From Corallococcus interemptor (GTDB taxonomy: Bacteria > Myxococcota > Myxococcia > Myxococcales > Myxococcaceae): a DNA stretch of 64,000 nucleotides. The notes beneath the pieces were generated by a model, which saw nothing but the letters and a program-made list of their open reading frames with translations, ran no database searches and had not been told where the DNA came from. Numbering within the stretch: the first letter of the stretch is position 1; every line of letters begins with the position of its first letter. The translations under genes were made by a program, and so were the position numbers. The DNA lies in NCBI RefSeq assembly GCF_042231085.1, contig NZ_CP102579.1; one strand, 5' to 3'. This document shows, piece after piece, positions 10,954 through 20,705 of the stretch.

Positions 10954-11645
10954 GCAGGCCGGCCCTGGGGCACTGGCGGCGCATCCGCGACAGCCTGGAT
11001 GGGTATGAGCCGGAGAAGCTCCTCCGGATGCTGCGCGAATACCTGACGCCGCGTGTGCCCCCGGGGACGCGCAAGCTCACGGACGAGCAGCACGACACGA
11101 TGGCGAAACACCTCCAGCGGATGCTCCAGCAGGACCTGGGGCCCTGGTACACGGAGACGGGCCTGTCTCTGGGCAATGAGAGCTTCGGCGGCTACTGCTG
11201 GTGCCACCGCTTCTTCAGACAGAAGCCCACCCCGAACATGAGCGTGGAATACAACATCCAGCTCATCCTCGACGCGCTGGAGCGGTCGCGCGAATGGCTG
11301 TTCAAGCTGGATGCCCACTTCCAGGCGCTGAAGCGGGACCTGCCCTCGGGCCCTGACGACAATGACATCCGCACGCTGGCCCTGGCGGATGCAATCGTCA
11401 CCACGATGAACCTCACCATGGACGCCACGGGCTGCGAGGAGTCCTGGTCCACCTTCGCGGACGAGGCGCTGGCCTGGATGTTCGACGCCATCGGGCTGCG
11501 CCCGGGCTATCAGGCCGGGAAGCTGATGCGGAAGCTGTTCGCCTTCGAGTCCTGGCACTCGCCGTCCACCGAGGAGCTGCGCGGTTCGGCGGAGCAGGTG
11601 GCGGCGGCCGTCGTGGAGGACGAGGGCCGCCGGCACACGCATTGA
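10950..11645 (+). CDS. Hypothetical protein, paralog B (WRRIRDSLD...GYCWCH motif) with C-terminal extension
   Basis: ATG overlaps paralog A stop. Conserved blocks WRRIRDSLDxYxP, LGxWYxExGLxLGNExxGGYCWCHxFFxQxP, NIQLxxDALER. Confidence 0.6.
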   Translation: MSRPALGHWRRIRDSLDGYEPEKLLRMLREYLTPRVPPGTRKLTDEQHDTMAKHLQRMLQQDLGPWYTETGLSLGNESFGGYCWCHRFFRQKPTPNMSVEYNIQLILDALERSREWLFKLDAHFQALKRDLPSGPDDNDIRTLALADAIVTTMNLTMDATGCEESWSTFADEALAWMFDAIGLRPGYQAGKLMRKLFAFESWHSPSTEELRGSAEQVAAAVVEDEGRRHTH

Positions 11646-11664
11646 CCCGGAAGGCGCCCCACCC

Positions 11665-12330
11665 TCAGTGGATGGGCTTCCCGCGCGTCAGCCGGCGGGC
11701 CTGCTCGCGCGAGCCTCCCTTCACCTCGATGCGCTTGCCCTGGGGCACCGTCACCGGGAGCTTCAGGGAGATCTCCAGGACGCCGTTCTCGAAGTTCGCA
11801 TGGACCGACTCCGTGTCGATGCCTTCCGGAAGCGGAATGGCGCGGCGGAACAGACCGCTGCTGCGCTCCAGGCTCCAGACGCCTTCGGCCTCCTCTTCCT
11901 CCTCCAGTTCGAAGGTGCGTTCGCCTTCAATGATGAGCAGGTCATTCAGCAGCTCGACGTGGATGTCCTCCAGCTTCATCCCCGGCAGGTCGGCCTTCAC
12001 GATGAGGTTCCCGTTCCGCTCCACCACGTCCATCTGCGGTGACCAGAGGCCCTCGTCCAGCACGTCGCTCCGGGCAGCGAGGCCCCGTCCTCCGAAGCCC
12101 GTGAAGAGCTGGTCCATGTCCTCCATCACCCGGCGCAGCAGCCCGAACGGGCTCAGGGGTGCGGCCTCCCTGCTGATGGCGGGGGCCTGGGACTCGCGGC
12201 GGGCGATGCCAGCGCCCGTCCTGGGGGCCTGTCCCTGAGACGTGGCGCTCGGCGCGTCGGCCTGGGCGTTCTTCACGGCGGGCGAGGAGGACCCCTCCTG
12301 CGCGCCTGCATTCCTGTTGTCCGTTGCCAT
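11665..12330 (-). CDS. Hsp20/alpha-crystallin family small heat shock protein with low-complexity N-terminal extension
   Basis: ACD motifs (PQMDVVERNGNLIVKADLPGMKLEDIHVEL...AIPLPEGIDTESVHANFENGVLEISLKLP). Start taken at internal ATG (MATDNRN). Confidence 0.8.
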   Translation of the reverse strand: MATDNRNAGAQEGSSSPAVKNAQADAPSATSQGQAPRTGAGIARRESQAPAISREAAPLSPFGLLRRVMEDMDQLFTGFGGRGLAARSDVLDEGLWSPQMDVVERNGNLIVKADLPGMKLEDIHVELLNDLLIIEGERTFELEEEEEAEGVWSLERSSGLFRRAIPLPEGIDTESVHANFENGVLEISLKLPVTVPQGKRIEVKGGSREQARRLTRGKPIH

Positions 12331-12494
12331 GACGTCCTCCCCCGGTGGAGCCGGCTGGCGCCCGGCCGCCGGACCGCACCGGTCACTCAAGCGGGGATGG
12401 AAGCATCCCAACCCCAAACGTGGAGGCGCGCGGCGGGGCCATCAAGGGCCGCCAGGCCGCCGGGCCCCGGGGGCCGTCATTCGCGGCGGCCTCG

Positions 12495-13382
12495 CTACGC
12501 GAGCAGCGTGGCGTCCATCACGGTGAGGGCCACGCCGCCGACGCGGGCGCGCTCGATGTGGCCTGGCCGGCCGGTGACCTGGATGTCGATGCGGCCCGGC
12601 TTGCCGAGCGTGTCGCCCTGTTCGATGCGGCTCGACACCGTGCCGCCGTGCTCGGGGAGGCGAAGGCTCCCGTGCTCGGCGAGCCAGGCCGCGAGCGGTC
12701 CCGCGGCGGAGCCCGTCACGGGGTCCTCCAGGATGCCGAAGCCCGGGACGAAGTAGCGCGCCTGGGCCACGCTCCCCTCCTCCTTCGCTTCGCGGGTGAA
12801 GAGGTAGACGCCGCGCAGGCCGTGCGGCATCAGCAGCGCGTTCATCGCCGCGCCTCGCGGCGTCAGGGCCTCCAGGTCCGCGAGCCGCCGGAGGGGCACC
12901 ACCAGCCGGTGGCCCTGGCGGATCACCGGCAGCGACGGATCCACCTGCGCCGCCGTCCCCCCCAGCGTGGCCATCAGCGCCTCCAGCTCCACGGGGTTCG
13001 GCTGCATGGGCGGTGGAGGCGTGGTGATCCACACCCGCGTCCCGTGCGCCCCCCGAGGCTCCAGCTCGATGCCGAACGTCCCGCCGGGGCACTCCAGCGT
13101 GTACATCCCCGGGCCGCGCAGGAGCCCCTTCTCCGCGAGCAGGTGGAAGGTGGCCACCGTGGCGTGGCCGCAGAACGGAATCTCGTCCACGGGCGTGAAG
13201 TAGCGCAGGCGCACGGTGGCGTCGCCGGGCCGGGACAGGAGGAACGCGGTCTCCGACGCGCTCACGGCCGCGGCGGTCCGCTGCATCGTGGGGACATCCA
13301 GCGCCGAGGCGTCGAGCACCACGCCCGCGCGGTTTCCCGCACCCGCGGTGCGGGTGAAGGCATCGATGATGTGGACCTGCAT
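12495..13382 (-). CDS. PhzF-family phenazine biosynthesis-like isomerase
   Basis: MQVHIIDAFT...GNRAGVV...FCGHATVA typical PhzF/DAP-epimerase-like fold. Confidence 0.8.
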   Translation of the reverse strand: MQVHIIDAFTRTAGAGNRAGVVLDASALDVPTMQRTAAAVSASETAFLLSRPGDATVRLRYFTPVDEIPFCGHATVATFHLLAEKGLLRGPGMYTLECPGGTFGIELEPRGAHGTRVWITTPPPPMQPNPVELEALMATLGGTAAQVDPSLPVIRQGHRLVVPLRRLADLEALTPRGAAMNALLMPHGLRGVYLFTREAKEEGSVAQARYFVPGFGILEDPVTGSAAGPLAAWLAEHGSLRLPEHGGTVSSRIEQGDTLGKPGRIDIQVTGRPGHIERARVGGVALTVMDATLLA

Positions 13383-13512
13383 GGGCGCGCTCCGGACAGG
13401 GCAAGGGGCCTGGAAACCCTGCAGGCATGCTCCGCTCCCCCGTTGGCGTCAAGCGCCGGAGGCCCCACAACAGGGTTGAACGGGAGCGCACGAGCAGGCA
13501 CAGCAAGGAGGC

Positions 13513-14289
13513 ATGGATCTCCTGAAGGCAGGCCGGTGGGTGGTGCTGGGGGTGTTGCTCCACGCGAGCGGCGCGGCGGCACAGATCGTCAACGTCCAGG
13601 CGCTCTTCGACGAGAAGGCGGAGCTGGGGCCCGCCGCGGCCATCGAGCTGGGCGGCGACTGGCGCACGGGCAGCACGGAGCTGTTCTCCATCCGCGGCTC
13701 CCTGGTGGGCCAGGTGCGCTCCGAGCGCGACGTCTGGCTGGGCGTCATCCGGGGTGAGTACTCGTTCGCCAGTGGCGAGCGCATCGTCAGCCAGGTGCTG
13801 GAGCACGTGCGCTACCGGCGGCAGTTCTCGGATTGGGTCTCGGGAGAAGTCTTCGCCCAGCACGAATACAACGAGTTCCGCCGGCTCCAGTTCCGGGCCC
13901 TGCTGGGCGCGGGTCCGCGCTTCCTCCTGCTCAACGAGGACAAGCTGGGGCTCACCTTCGGGGTGGCGCTGATGTTCGAGTACGAACGGCTGCGCAACGA
14001 CGGCGAGGTGGACGCGGGAGACCGCTACACGGACCCGCGCGTCTCCAGCTACCTGCTGGGCCGGGTGAAGCTGATGGAGAACATCCACCTCGTGGAGACG
14101 GTCTACTTCCAGCCGCGAGTCACCCGCCCCTCCGACCTGCGCGTGCTCAACGAGACGCTCTTCGCGGTGACGCCCAATCCGCGCGTCACGGTGGGCATCG
14201 GCTTCAACCTCACCTACGACAGCGCGCCGCCCGCGACGGTGCCGCCGCTGGACACGCAACTGCGCACCACGGTGGGTGTGAAGCTTTGA
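13513..14289 (+). CDS. DUF481-family outer membrane beta-barrel protein (signal peptide)
   Basis: Strong AAGGAGG RBS. N-terminal signal peptide. Alternating amphipathic beta-strand pattern. YdiY/DUF481-like. Confidence 0.6.
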   Translation: MDLLKAGRWVVLGVLLHASGAAAQIVNVQALFDEKAELGPAAAIELGGDWRTGSTELFSIRGSLVGQVRSERDVWLGVIRGEYSFASGERIVSQVLEHVRYRRQFSDWVSGEVFAQHEYNEFRRLQFRALLGAGPRFLLLNEDKLGLTFGVALMFEYERLRNDGEVDAGDRYTDPRVSSYLLGRVKLMENIHLVETVYFQPRVTRPSDLRVLNETLFAVTPNPRVTVGIGFNLTYDSAPPATVPPLDTQLRTTVGVKL

Positions 14290-14345
14290 GGTCCGCAGCG
14301 GGCGAGCACGGCCCCGGGCGGCCCGCTTGAGGGTAGGCTTCAGCC

Positions 14346-15197
14346 ATGGCGTCCCATCCCATCCCCGCCCCCGTCGTGCTCCTGGGAGGCGGCAAGATCG
14401 CCGAAGTCCTCATCCTGGGACTGCTGCGCTCTGGCCACGTGCGTCCGTCGGACCTTCGCGTCACGGTGCGCCGGCCCGAGCGCGGAGAGGAGCTGCGCTC
14501 CCGGCATGGCGTGGACGTCCTCCTGGACAACGCGCGGGCGGTGCGGGGCGCCGGGGTGATCCTGCTGGCGGTGCGGCAGGCACAACTGCGGGACCTGATG
14601 GCGGTCATCTCGCCGGCCCTGGAACCGGGGCAGACCGTGGTGTCGCTCTCCGCGGATGTGCGAATCGCTCAGTTGGAAGCGGCGCTGCCCTCCAGCGTCT
14701 CGGTCATCCGCGCCCTGCCCCATACCCCCGTGCGCGTGGGAGCGGGCGTGACGCCCCTGACGGCCGGGACCCGGGCGACGGAGACCGCGAAGCAGGCCGC
14801 CGAGTCCCTCTTCGCGGCGACGGGACGGCCGCTGTGGATGACCGAGGAAGCGCTCACGGTCTGCACGGGCGTGTGCGGCACGGGCCCCGCGTATGTCTTC
14901 CGCTTCGTGGAGACCCTGGCCCAGGCCGCGATGGCGCACGGGATGGACGCGGCGGAAGCGGCGGTGCTCGCGAAGGAGACGCTCATTGGAGCGGCGAAGC
15001 TGCTGGCCGAACCCGGCGCCACCACCCCTCGGCTCATCACGGAGATAGCGACCCCGGGAGGCATCACCGAGGCGGGGCTCACCGCGATGGACACCCAGGG
15101 CCTCCCGCGCGTCGTGGGTGAAGCGGTCTCCGTCGCCATCCAGCGCACCCGTGAGCGCGCGGACGCGAACGCCGCGGCCTACAGCACGCCGAAGTGA
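14346..15197 (+). CDS. proC: Pyrroline-5-carboxylate reductase
   Basis: N-terminal Rossmann motif VLLGGGKIAE; conserved P5CR C-terminal dimerization region (SPGGITEAGL). Confidence 0.85.
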   Translation: MASHPIPAPVVLLGGGKIAEVLILGLLRSGHVRPSDLRVTVRRPERGEELRSRHGVDVLLDNARAVRGAGVILLAVRQAQLRDLMAVISPALEPGQTVVSLSADVRIAQLEAALPSSVSVIRALPHTPVRVGAGVTPLTAGTRATETAKQAAESLFAATGRPLWMTEEALTVCTGVCGTGPAYVFRFVETLAQAAMAHGMDAAEAAVLAKETLIGAAKLLAEPGATTPRLITEIATPGGITEAGLTAMDTQGLPRVVGEAVSVAIQRTRERADANAAAYSTPK

Positions 15198-15862
15198 CGC
15201 TTGAGTCCGCGCTGGCCTCCCGGCGTGACGATGAGGCCGCGAGAGTCGGGCTGACGCTCCACCCACCCCAATGAGAACACCCGGGCGGCGAGCGCCGCGC
15301 CCAGCGCCCCCGCGAGGTGATCGCGTCGCTCGCTCCAGTCCAGGCAACGGTGGGCGAAGTGGCGCCGCTGCTCGCGCACGGGCGCCAGGTCGATGCCGAA
15401 CTCCTGGAACCACGCCTCGCCGCTCGGCGTGAGCGCGAACGCGCGCTTGCGAAGGGCAAGGTGCCCGGCCCGCAGGAGCGCGTCGGTGATGCCCATGCCC
15501 AGCCGGCCCGCCAGGTGGTCGTAGCAGTAGCGCGCGGCCCGCAGGGGTTCCGGAGTCGCTGACGCACGGGGTCCCCGGACCGCCACGGTCATCAGCGCTT
15601 CCACCATCCGCGCCACGGTGGGCGTGGCGATCCGGAACACCTTGTTGCGCCCCTGCCGGGTGGCGCGGACCAGCCGGGCCTGCTCCAACCGCTGGAGGTG
15701 CGCGGTCGCCGTGGCGGGGCTGACGCCCGTGCCGAACGCGAGCTCCTTCGCGACGAGCGCCCGTCCCTCCATGAGCAGCTCCAGCATCCGGATCCGCGTG
15801 GCGTCCCCCACCGCCGTAGCCAGCGTCGTGAGGTCCGGTCCTGCATTCATCGTTCGGTCCAT
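15179..15862 (-). CDS. ArsR-family transcriptional regulator with C-terminal extension
   Basis: wHTH block DATRIRMLELLMEGRALVAKELAFGTGVSPATATAHLQRLEQARLV. Confidence 0.75.
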   Translation of the reverse strand: MDRTMNAGPDLTTLATAVGDATRIRMLELLMEGRALVAKELAFGTGVSPATATAHLQRLEQARLVRATRQGRNKVFRIATPTVARMVEALMTVAVRGPRASATPEPLRAARYCYDHLAGRLGMGITDALLRAGHLALRKRAFALTPSGEAWFQEFGIDLAPVREQRRHFAHRCLDWSERRDHLAGALGAALAARVFSLGWVERQPDSRGLIVTPGGQRGLKRHFGVL

Positions 15863-15925
15863 GACGAACCATTTCCTAGCACGCCGACACGGCAATGACA
15901 GCAGAGTGCCCGGCAGCGAGGACCG

Positions 15926-17047
15926 ATGACACCGCCCACCGACCCCTATCAGGCCGTCACCCACCCCGACCCGTACCCCTATTACGCGACGCTCCGAGCC
16001 CGGGGCGGACTGCACCGCGTCCCCGGCTTCGGGCCATGGATCGCGGCGGACGCGGCCACCGTCCGCGCGGTGCTCACGAGCGAGCACTGCCGGGTCCGGC
16101 CACGGTCGGAGCCGGTGCCGTCGCATCTGGTGGGCACCACCGGAGGCGCGCTCTTTGGACGGCTGGTGCGGATGAACGACGGAGGCCCCTACCCCGCCGT
16201 GAAGCAGACGCTCTCACGCGCGCTGCTGGAGGCGCAGCGGGAGGTCGAAGCGGAGAGCCGCCGCTGGGCGGAGCGGCTGTTCGCGACGCCCTCGCTGTCA
16301 CGGCTGCCGGACGCCGCCCTCCAGTTCCCCGTGTTCGTGCTGGGCACGCTGCTGGGCTTCCCGGAAGACACGCTGGAGGCAACCGTGCGGGACGTGGATG
16401 CCTATGTCCGCTCGGTCGCCGGGCCCCATGCAGGTAGCGAGGGTGTGGCCAGGCTGAACGAACGCGTGGCGGCCTGTTTCCAGTCCACCGCGAGGACCGC
16501 GTTCACGGCCCGGCTCATGGAAGGCCAGGGCCCGGACGAGCTGCGCATCCCCAATGCCGTGGGCCTGCTCACCCAGGCGTATGAAGCGACGGCCGGGCTT
16601 TTGGGCGCGACGCTGCGGGCCTTCGCTCGCATGCCCGAGCTGCGTGAACAGCTTTCACAAGGCGCGTGCACGGTGGGCGACGTGGTGCAGGAGGCGGCCC
16701 GCCATGACGCTCCGGTCCAGAACACGCGACGCTTCACCCACGCCGCGGCGACCGTCGCGGGGCAGCCGCTGGAGGCCGGCGAGACCGTGGTCGTCGTGCT
16801 CGCCGCCGCGAATCGGGATCCGCGCGCGAATCCCCAGCCCGATGCCTTCCTGCCACGGCGCGAGGCGCGTCAGACCTTCACCTTCGGCCTGGGCTCGCAT
16901 GGCTGCCCCGGGTCCTTGCTCGCGACGGCGATGACCACGGCGGCGGCGGAGCGCGTGCTCGCGAGTGGCCTGGACCTGTCACCCCTGGCGGGCCCCGTCA
17001 CCTGGCGTGCTTCGACCAACACCCGCGTCCTGGGAGGACTGGAATGA
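15926..17047 (+). CDS. Cytochrome P450
   Basis: Heme-binding loop FGLGSHGCPG; ETVVVVLAAANRDP (K-helix/meander region). Confidence 0.85.
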   Translation: MTPPTDPYQAVTHPDPYPYYATLRARGGLHRVPGFGPWIAADAATVRAVLTSEHCRVRPRSEPVPSHLVGTTGGALFGRLVRMNDGGPYPAVKQTLSRALLEAQREVEAESRRWAERLFATPSLSRLPDAALQFPVFVLGTLLGFPEDTLEATVRDVDAYVRSVAGPHAGSEGVARLNERVAACFQSTARTAFTARLMEGQGPDELRIPNAVGLLTQAYEATAGLLGATLRAFARMPELREQLSQGACTVGDVVQEAARHDAPVQNTRRFTHAAATVAGQPLEAGETVVVVLAAANRDPRANPQPDAFLPRREARQTFTFGLGSHGCPGSLLATAMTTAAAERVLASGLDLSPLAGPVTWRASTNTRVLGGLE

Positions 17048-17388
17048 TCGCTGTCATCTTCGAGGTCTGGACACACGAGTCGCATCGGCAGCGGTACCTG
17101 GACCTCGCGGCGGAGCTGCGGCCCCTGCTCGCGGACATCGACGGCTTCATCTCCATCGAGCGGTTCCAGAGCCTCAGCGCACCGGGCAAGCTGCTGTCCC
17201 TGTCCTACTGGCGCGACGAGGCAGCGGTGGCGGAGTGGCGGCGCAAGGAGGCCCACCGTGAAGCCCAGCGCGAAGGCCGGGGAGGCGTGTTCAGCGACTA
17301 CCGCCTGCGGGTGGCGCACGTCGTGAGGGACTACGGCCTGGAGGACCGAGCGGCCGTGCCCGCCGACAGTCGCACCGTGCACGGCTGA
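17044..17388 (+). CDS. ABM-domain monooxygenase
   Basis: Start overlaps P450 stop (ATGA). ~114-aa ABM fold (IAVIFEVW...FISIERFQS...LSLSYWRDEAAVAEW). Confidence 0.7.
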   Translation: MIAVIFEVWTHESHRQRYLDLAAELRPLLADIDGFISIERFQSLSAPGKLLSLSYWRDEAAVAEWRRKEAHREAQREGRGGVFSDYRLRVAHVVRDYGLEDRAAVPADSRTVHG

Positions 17389-17471
17389 AACGGCCGGCGC
17401 ACGGTGGCTGTCTTCCGGCCCGTCCCTCCCATGCGGGCCATGACTCCCCCACCTTCTGTGAGGGGTGAACG

Positions 17472-17867
17472 ATGAAGCGAGGCCATTGGAGAGGTGTCTG
17501 GGGGCTGGCTGCCGCGCTGCTCGGGCTTCCAGCGGCGGCGCAACTGGAACCGCTCGAAGGTGCGCCGCAATACTCCTGCTTCGAAGCGGCGCGCCAGGGC
17601 GGCTCGGTGACGGAGACCGTCGCGGCGCAGCTCTGCCAGGGTGCCCGTTCCGACACCCCGGCGCGGTGCTTCCACCGGGTCCAGGAGAAAGCCTTCCTCT
17701 CCGACCCCCAGGCGCTCCAGCTCTGCCAGTACGCACAGCCCGAGGACGATCCCGCGTCCTGCTTCCTCAAGGCGCGGGCCTCGTCGTTCCTGGACGAGAC
17801 ACAGCTCCTGCAACTCTGCCGCCCGCCCATCGCGGAGACGATGCAGTTGTGTCCCTACGGTCCGTGA
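17472..17867 (+). CDS. Small secreted Cys-rich protein with three internal QLCQ...CF...FL repeats
   Basis: Signal peptide (LLGLPAAAQ). Repeated ~35-aa units each with two Cys. Confidence 0.5.
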   Translation: MKRGHWRGVWGLAAALLGLPAAAQLEPLEGAPQYSCFEAARQGGSVTETVAAQLCQGARSDTPARCFHRVQEKAFLSDPQALQLCQYAQPEDDPASCFLKARASSFLDETQLLQLCRPPIAETMQLCPYGP

Positions 17868-17885
17868 GGCTTCAGGCCCGCGGGC

Positions 17886-20558
17886 TCACCGGGCGCGGAG
17901 GAACGCCTTGACGCTCGGGGACTGGAGCTTCTGGGACTCGATGCACAGGCGGATGGACTCCAGGGCCCGGGCGAGCGCGCGCGGCCCCCCTTCAATCCTG
18001 TCCACGCGGGACGCGAAGAACGTCTCCACCTGGGTCAGGTGGATGTCATCGCAGAGGCTCCCCGTCTGGCCAATCAGCCGGCCCAGCTCATCCGAACGCA
18101 GCCGCTGGGTCAGCGCATCGAAGTGCGCCTGATAGAAGTCCCACGCCAGCGACTGCGACTCCGGCGACATCAACGCCATCCGGAGGATGACCTGCGAGTC
18201 CCGCACGTCGAAGTCCGGCGACACCACGAGCCCCAGCGCCCGCCACAGCAGCTCCGAGTTCCGGAAGTACGCCAGGGACGTCAGCAGCCGGGAACGCTCG
18301 GTGCGGTCCTGTTCCTTCTTCGCCGCCTCCAGCAGCGCGTCGAACAGCGCCGCATCGCCGTGCGTCGCCGCGCGGGGCAGCGCGGCACCGAACGCCTCCG
18401 GATCCACCGACTTCCGGTCCGCCAGCCATGCGCGCACCAGGGGCAGCGCCTCCTTCACCAGTCGCGGATCATCCCCCAGACCGCCGGCCAGCCGGAGGAA
18501 CAGGGAGCGTGAGTCCTTCACGGAGTCGTCCTCGCCCGGCTTCGGCACCCAGCCCATGGCCTGGGCGCGCGCCGAGTAGAGCGACGCCACCCACGCGCGG
18601 AAGCGCTGGCGCTCCTCGGGCGTGAGCTGGTCCAGGCGCACGAGCTCCAGCAGCGAAGCGCCACTCTGCACCACGAGCCGGTTCGTCGACTTCGCGGAGG
18701 CAGGCACCGCCTTCAGCGCCTCGCCCAGCGGCAGGTCGCCCCGGACCACCGCCGCGTCCACATCCGCCCAGAGCGCCACCTGCTCCGCGGGAGTGAAGGC
18801 GGCGGCCGGAGTCGCGAGCAGCTTCGTCAACTGCTCGCGGGTGTACCCGCTGCGGTAGTAACCCGCGCCGCCCGCGTTGAGGAGCACCCACGCCGGGCAC
18901 TGCTTCGTGGGCAGCGCGACCTCCGTCGAAGGTCCCTGCACCATCGAGCACACCCGCGACGACTGCGCGCCCGTGCCCACGCGAAGACACACGGGCACCT
19001 GCCATTCCTGCTTCGAGTCCGCCTTGGAGCCCAAGGGGAGGTAGCGCTCCTGCGACAGCGTCACGGACGGAGCGCCGCCCGCCGGGCACGACAGCCGCGC
19101 GGTGATCCGAGGCGCCCCGCTCCGCTCGATGAACCCGCCGAAGGACTGCGCCACCTCCGGCCCCGCCGCCTGGGAGAGGTCCGCGAGGAAGTCCTCCATC
19201 GTCGCGACCTTCCAGGCGTGCTTGCGGACATAGCCCCGGAGGATGTCGCGGAAGCGCTCCGGTCCCAGCCAGGCCTCGTACATGGCGATGACGGACGAGC
19301 CCTTGTCATAGGTCGTCCCGTTGTCGAACGAGCCCACGATGTCGTCATTGCTCTCCACCGGCTTGCGCACGGGCAGCGCCGCCGCCAGCTCATCCGACGC
19401 CAGGGCGGAGCGGGTCGCGGACATGGCGCGCTCCTGCTGGTAGTCCCAGGACGGCTCCAGCCGGTCCACCGTCTGGCGGTCCAGCCACGCGGTGAAGGAC
19501 TCATTCAGCCAGATGTCGTTCCACCAGGAGCAGGTGACGACGTCACCGAACCAGTAGTGACCCAGCTCATGGTTGGCGATGACGGCATACGACTTGCGGC
19601 GGGCCAGCGTCTCCTCACCGGGGGGAATGAGCGTGAGCGGTTGCCCGAGCGCGACGATGCCGGGGTGCTCCATGGTGCCCCAGTACCGGGGCACGACCGC
19701 GACATCGAGCTTCTCGTACGGATACGGCTGGTCGAAGAAGTCCTCCAGACCCTTCACGATGCGAGGCGTGATGCTCGCGGCGTAGCGCGTCTCCGAGCCC
19801 CGGCCCTTGGGGACGACGAAGCGCAGCGGCACGTTCGTGCGTCCCACGGTGCCGGCCTCCACCACGTCGAAGGGCCCCACCATGAAGGCCACGAGGTAGC
19901 TGGGCATCGGCTTGCTTTCCGCGAAGGTGACGCGCTCCAGGCCGTCCGCCAGGGGCTCACGCGACACGACGGGATGATTGGCCAGCGCCACGTGTCCGGC
20001 CTTGACGGTGAAGCGCAGGCGCCACGGAACCTTGAACGTCGGCTCATCGAAGCAAGGGAAGGCGCGACGCGCGTCGATGGGCTCGAAGAACGTGTAGAGG
20101 TACGGCTCACCGCCCTCCTCCACGCCATAGATGCCCTGGCTGCGCTCCCGGTCCACCTTGCCGGTGAAGTCGAGCACGAGCTGGGCCTTCCCAACGGGCA
20201 ACTCCTCCGGCAGGAGCAATCCCAGACGTCCTTCAGGCGCGGTGACAGGCTTCGCGTCAAAAGTGCGGCTCCCCACGGTGACGCGAGCCCGCGTCACCTC
20301 CACGTCCTGAGCATGCAGCCACACCTGGCGAACAGGCGCACGGACCTCCACGTCGATGGTGACGCTGCCCGGATAGACGTCCTCCGAGGGCACGAGCTTC
20401 AGATCCAGCGCGTAGTGCACGGGCCGCACGGTGTCCGGCAACCGCAGCGCGGGAGGCAGGGCCTCCGGCCAGGAGACAGCGGGCGGAGCGGAGGCAGTCG
20501 GCGCGTGGGCACAGCGGACGGTCAACACCACCAACACAAGGAGTGGAAGCAGTCGCAT
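17886..20558 (-). CDS. pepN: M1-family aminopeptidase N (ERAP1-like C-terminal domain), secreted
   Basis: Zinc motif HELGHYWFGD...WLNESFT; GAMEN-like region GTMEHPG; signal peptide MRLLPLLVLVVLTVRCAHA. Confidence 0.9.
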   Translation of the reverse strand: MRLLPLLVLVVLTVRCAHAPTASAPPAVSWPEALPPALRLPDTVRPVHYALDLKLVPSEDVYPGSVTIDVEVRAPVRQVWLHAQDVEVTRARVTVGSRTFDAKPVTAPEGRLGLLLPEELPVGKAQLVLDFTGKVDRERSQGIYGVEEGGEPYLYTFFEPIDARRAFPCFDEPTFKVPWRLRFTVKAGHVALANHPVVSREPLADGLERVTFAESKPMPSYLVAFMVGPFDVVEAGTVGRTNVPLRFVVPKGRGSETRYAASITPRIVKGLEDFFDQPYPYEKLDVAVVPRYWGTMEHPGIVALGQPLTLIPPGEETLARRKSYAVIANHELGHYWFGDVVTCSWWNDIWLNESFTAWLDRQTVDRLEPSWDYQQERAMSATRSALASDELAAALPVRKPVESNDDIVGSFDNGTTYDKGSSVIAMYEAWLGPERFRDILRGYVRKHAWKVATMEDFLADLSQAAGPEVAQSFGGFIERSGAPRITARLSCPAGGAPSVTLSQERYLPLGSKADSKQEWQVPVCLRVGTGAQSSRVCSMVQGPSTEVALPTKQCPAWVLLNAGGAGYYRSGYTREQLTKLLATPAAAFTPAEQVALWADVDAAVVRGDLPLGEALKAVPASAKSTNRLVVQSGASLLELVRLDQLTPEERQRFRAWVASLYSARAQAMGWVPKPGEDDSVKDSRSLFLRLAGGLGDDPRLVKEALPLVRAWLADRKSVDPEAFGAALPRAATHGDAALFDALLEAAKKEQDRTERSRLLTSLAYFRNSELLWRALGLVVSPDFDVRDSQVILRMALMSPESQSLAWDFYQAHFDALTQRLRSDELGRLIGQTGSLCDDIHLTQVETFFASRVDRIEGGPRALARALESIRLCIESQKLQSPSVKAFLRAR

Positions 20559-20705
20559 GAGGGCCGCAGCGTAGACCAAACAACGTCCACTGGCGGTCTT
20601 CGCGACGAAACGCCCATCGCAGTCCCGAAATGTCTCCAGTGCGCTCAGCCCCGGGAGCCGCTACGGTCCTGATTCCCCCGCATCAGCCACAAGCCGAGGA
20701 AAAAC

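Noticed and set aside
14290-14345. Possible short hairpin (agcgggc...gcccgct) downstream of the DUF481 gene
   Set aside because: The 7-bp stem has an 18-nt loop and no U-tract. It is too weak to call a terminator.
12442-15872. Antisense ORFs 12442..14259 (-) and 14340..15872 (-)
   Set aside because: They overlap the well-supported PhzF, DUF481, ProC and ArsR genes on their respective strands and have GC-artefact composition.
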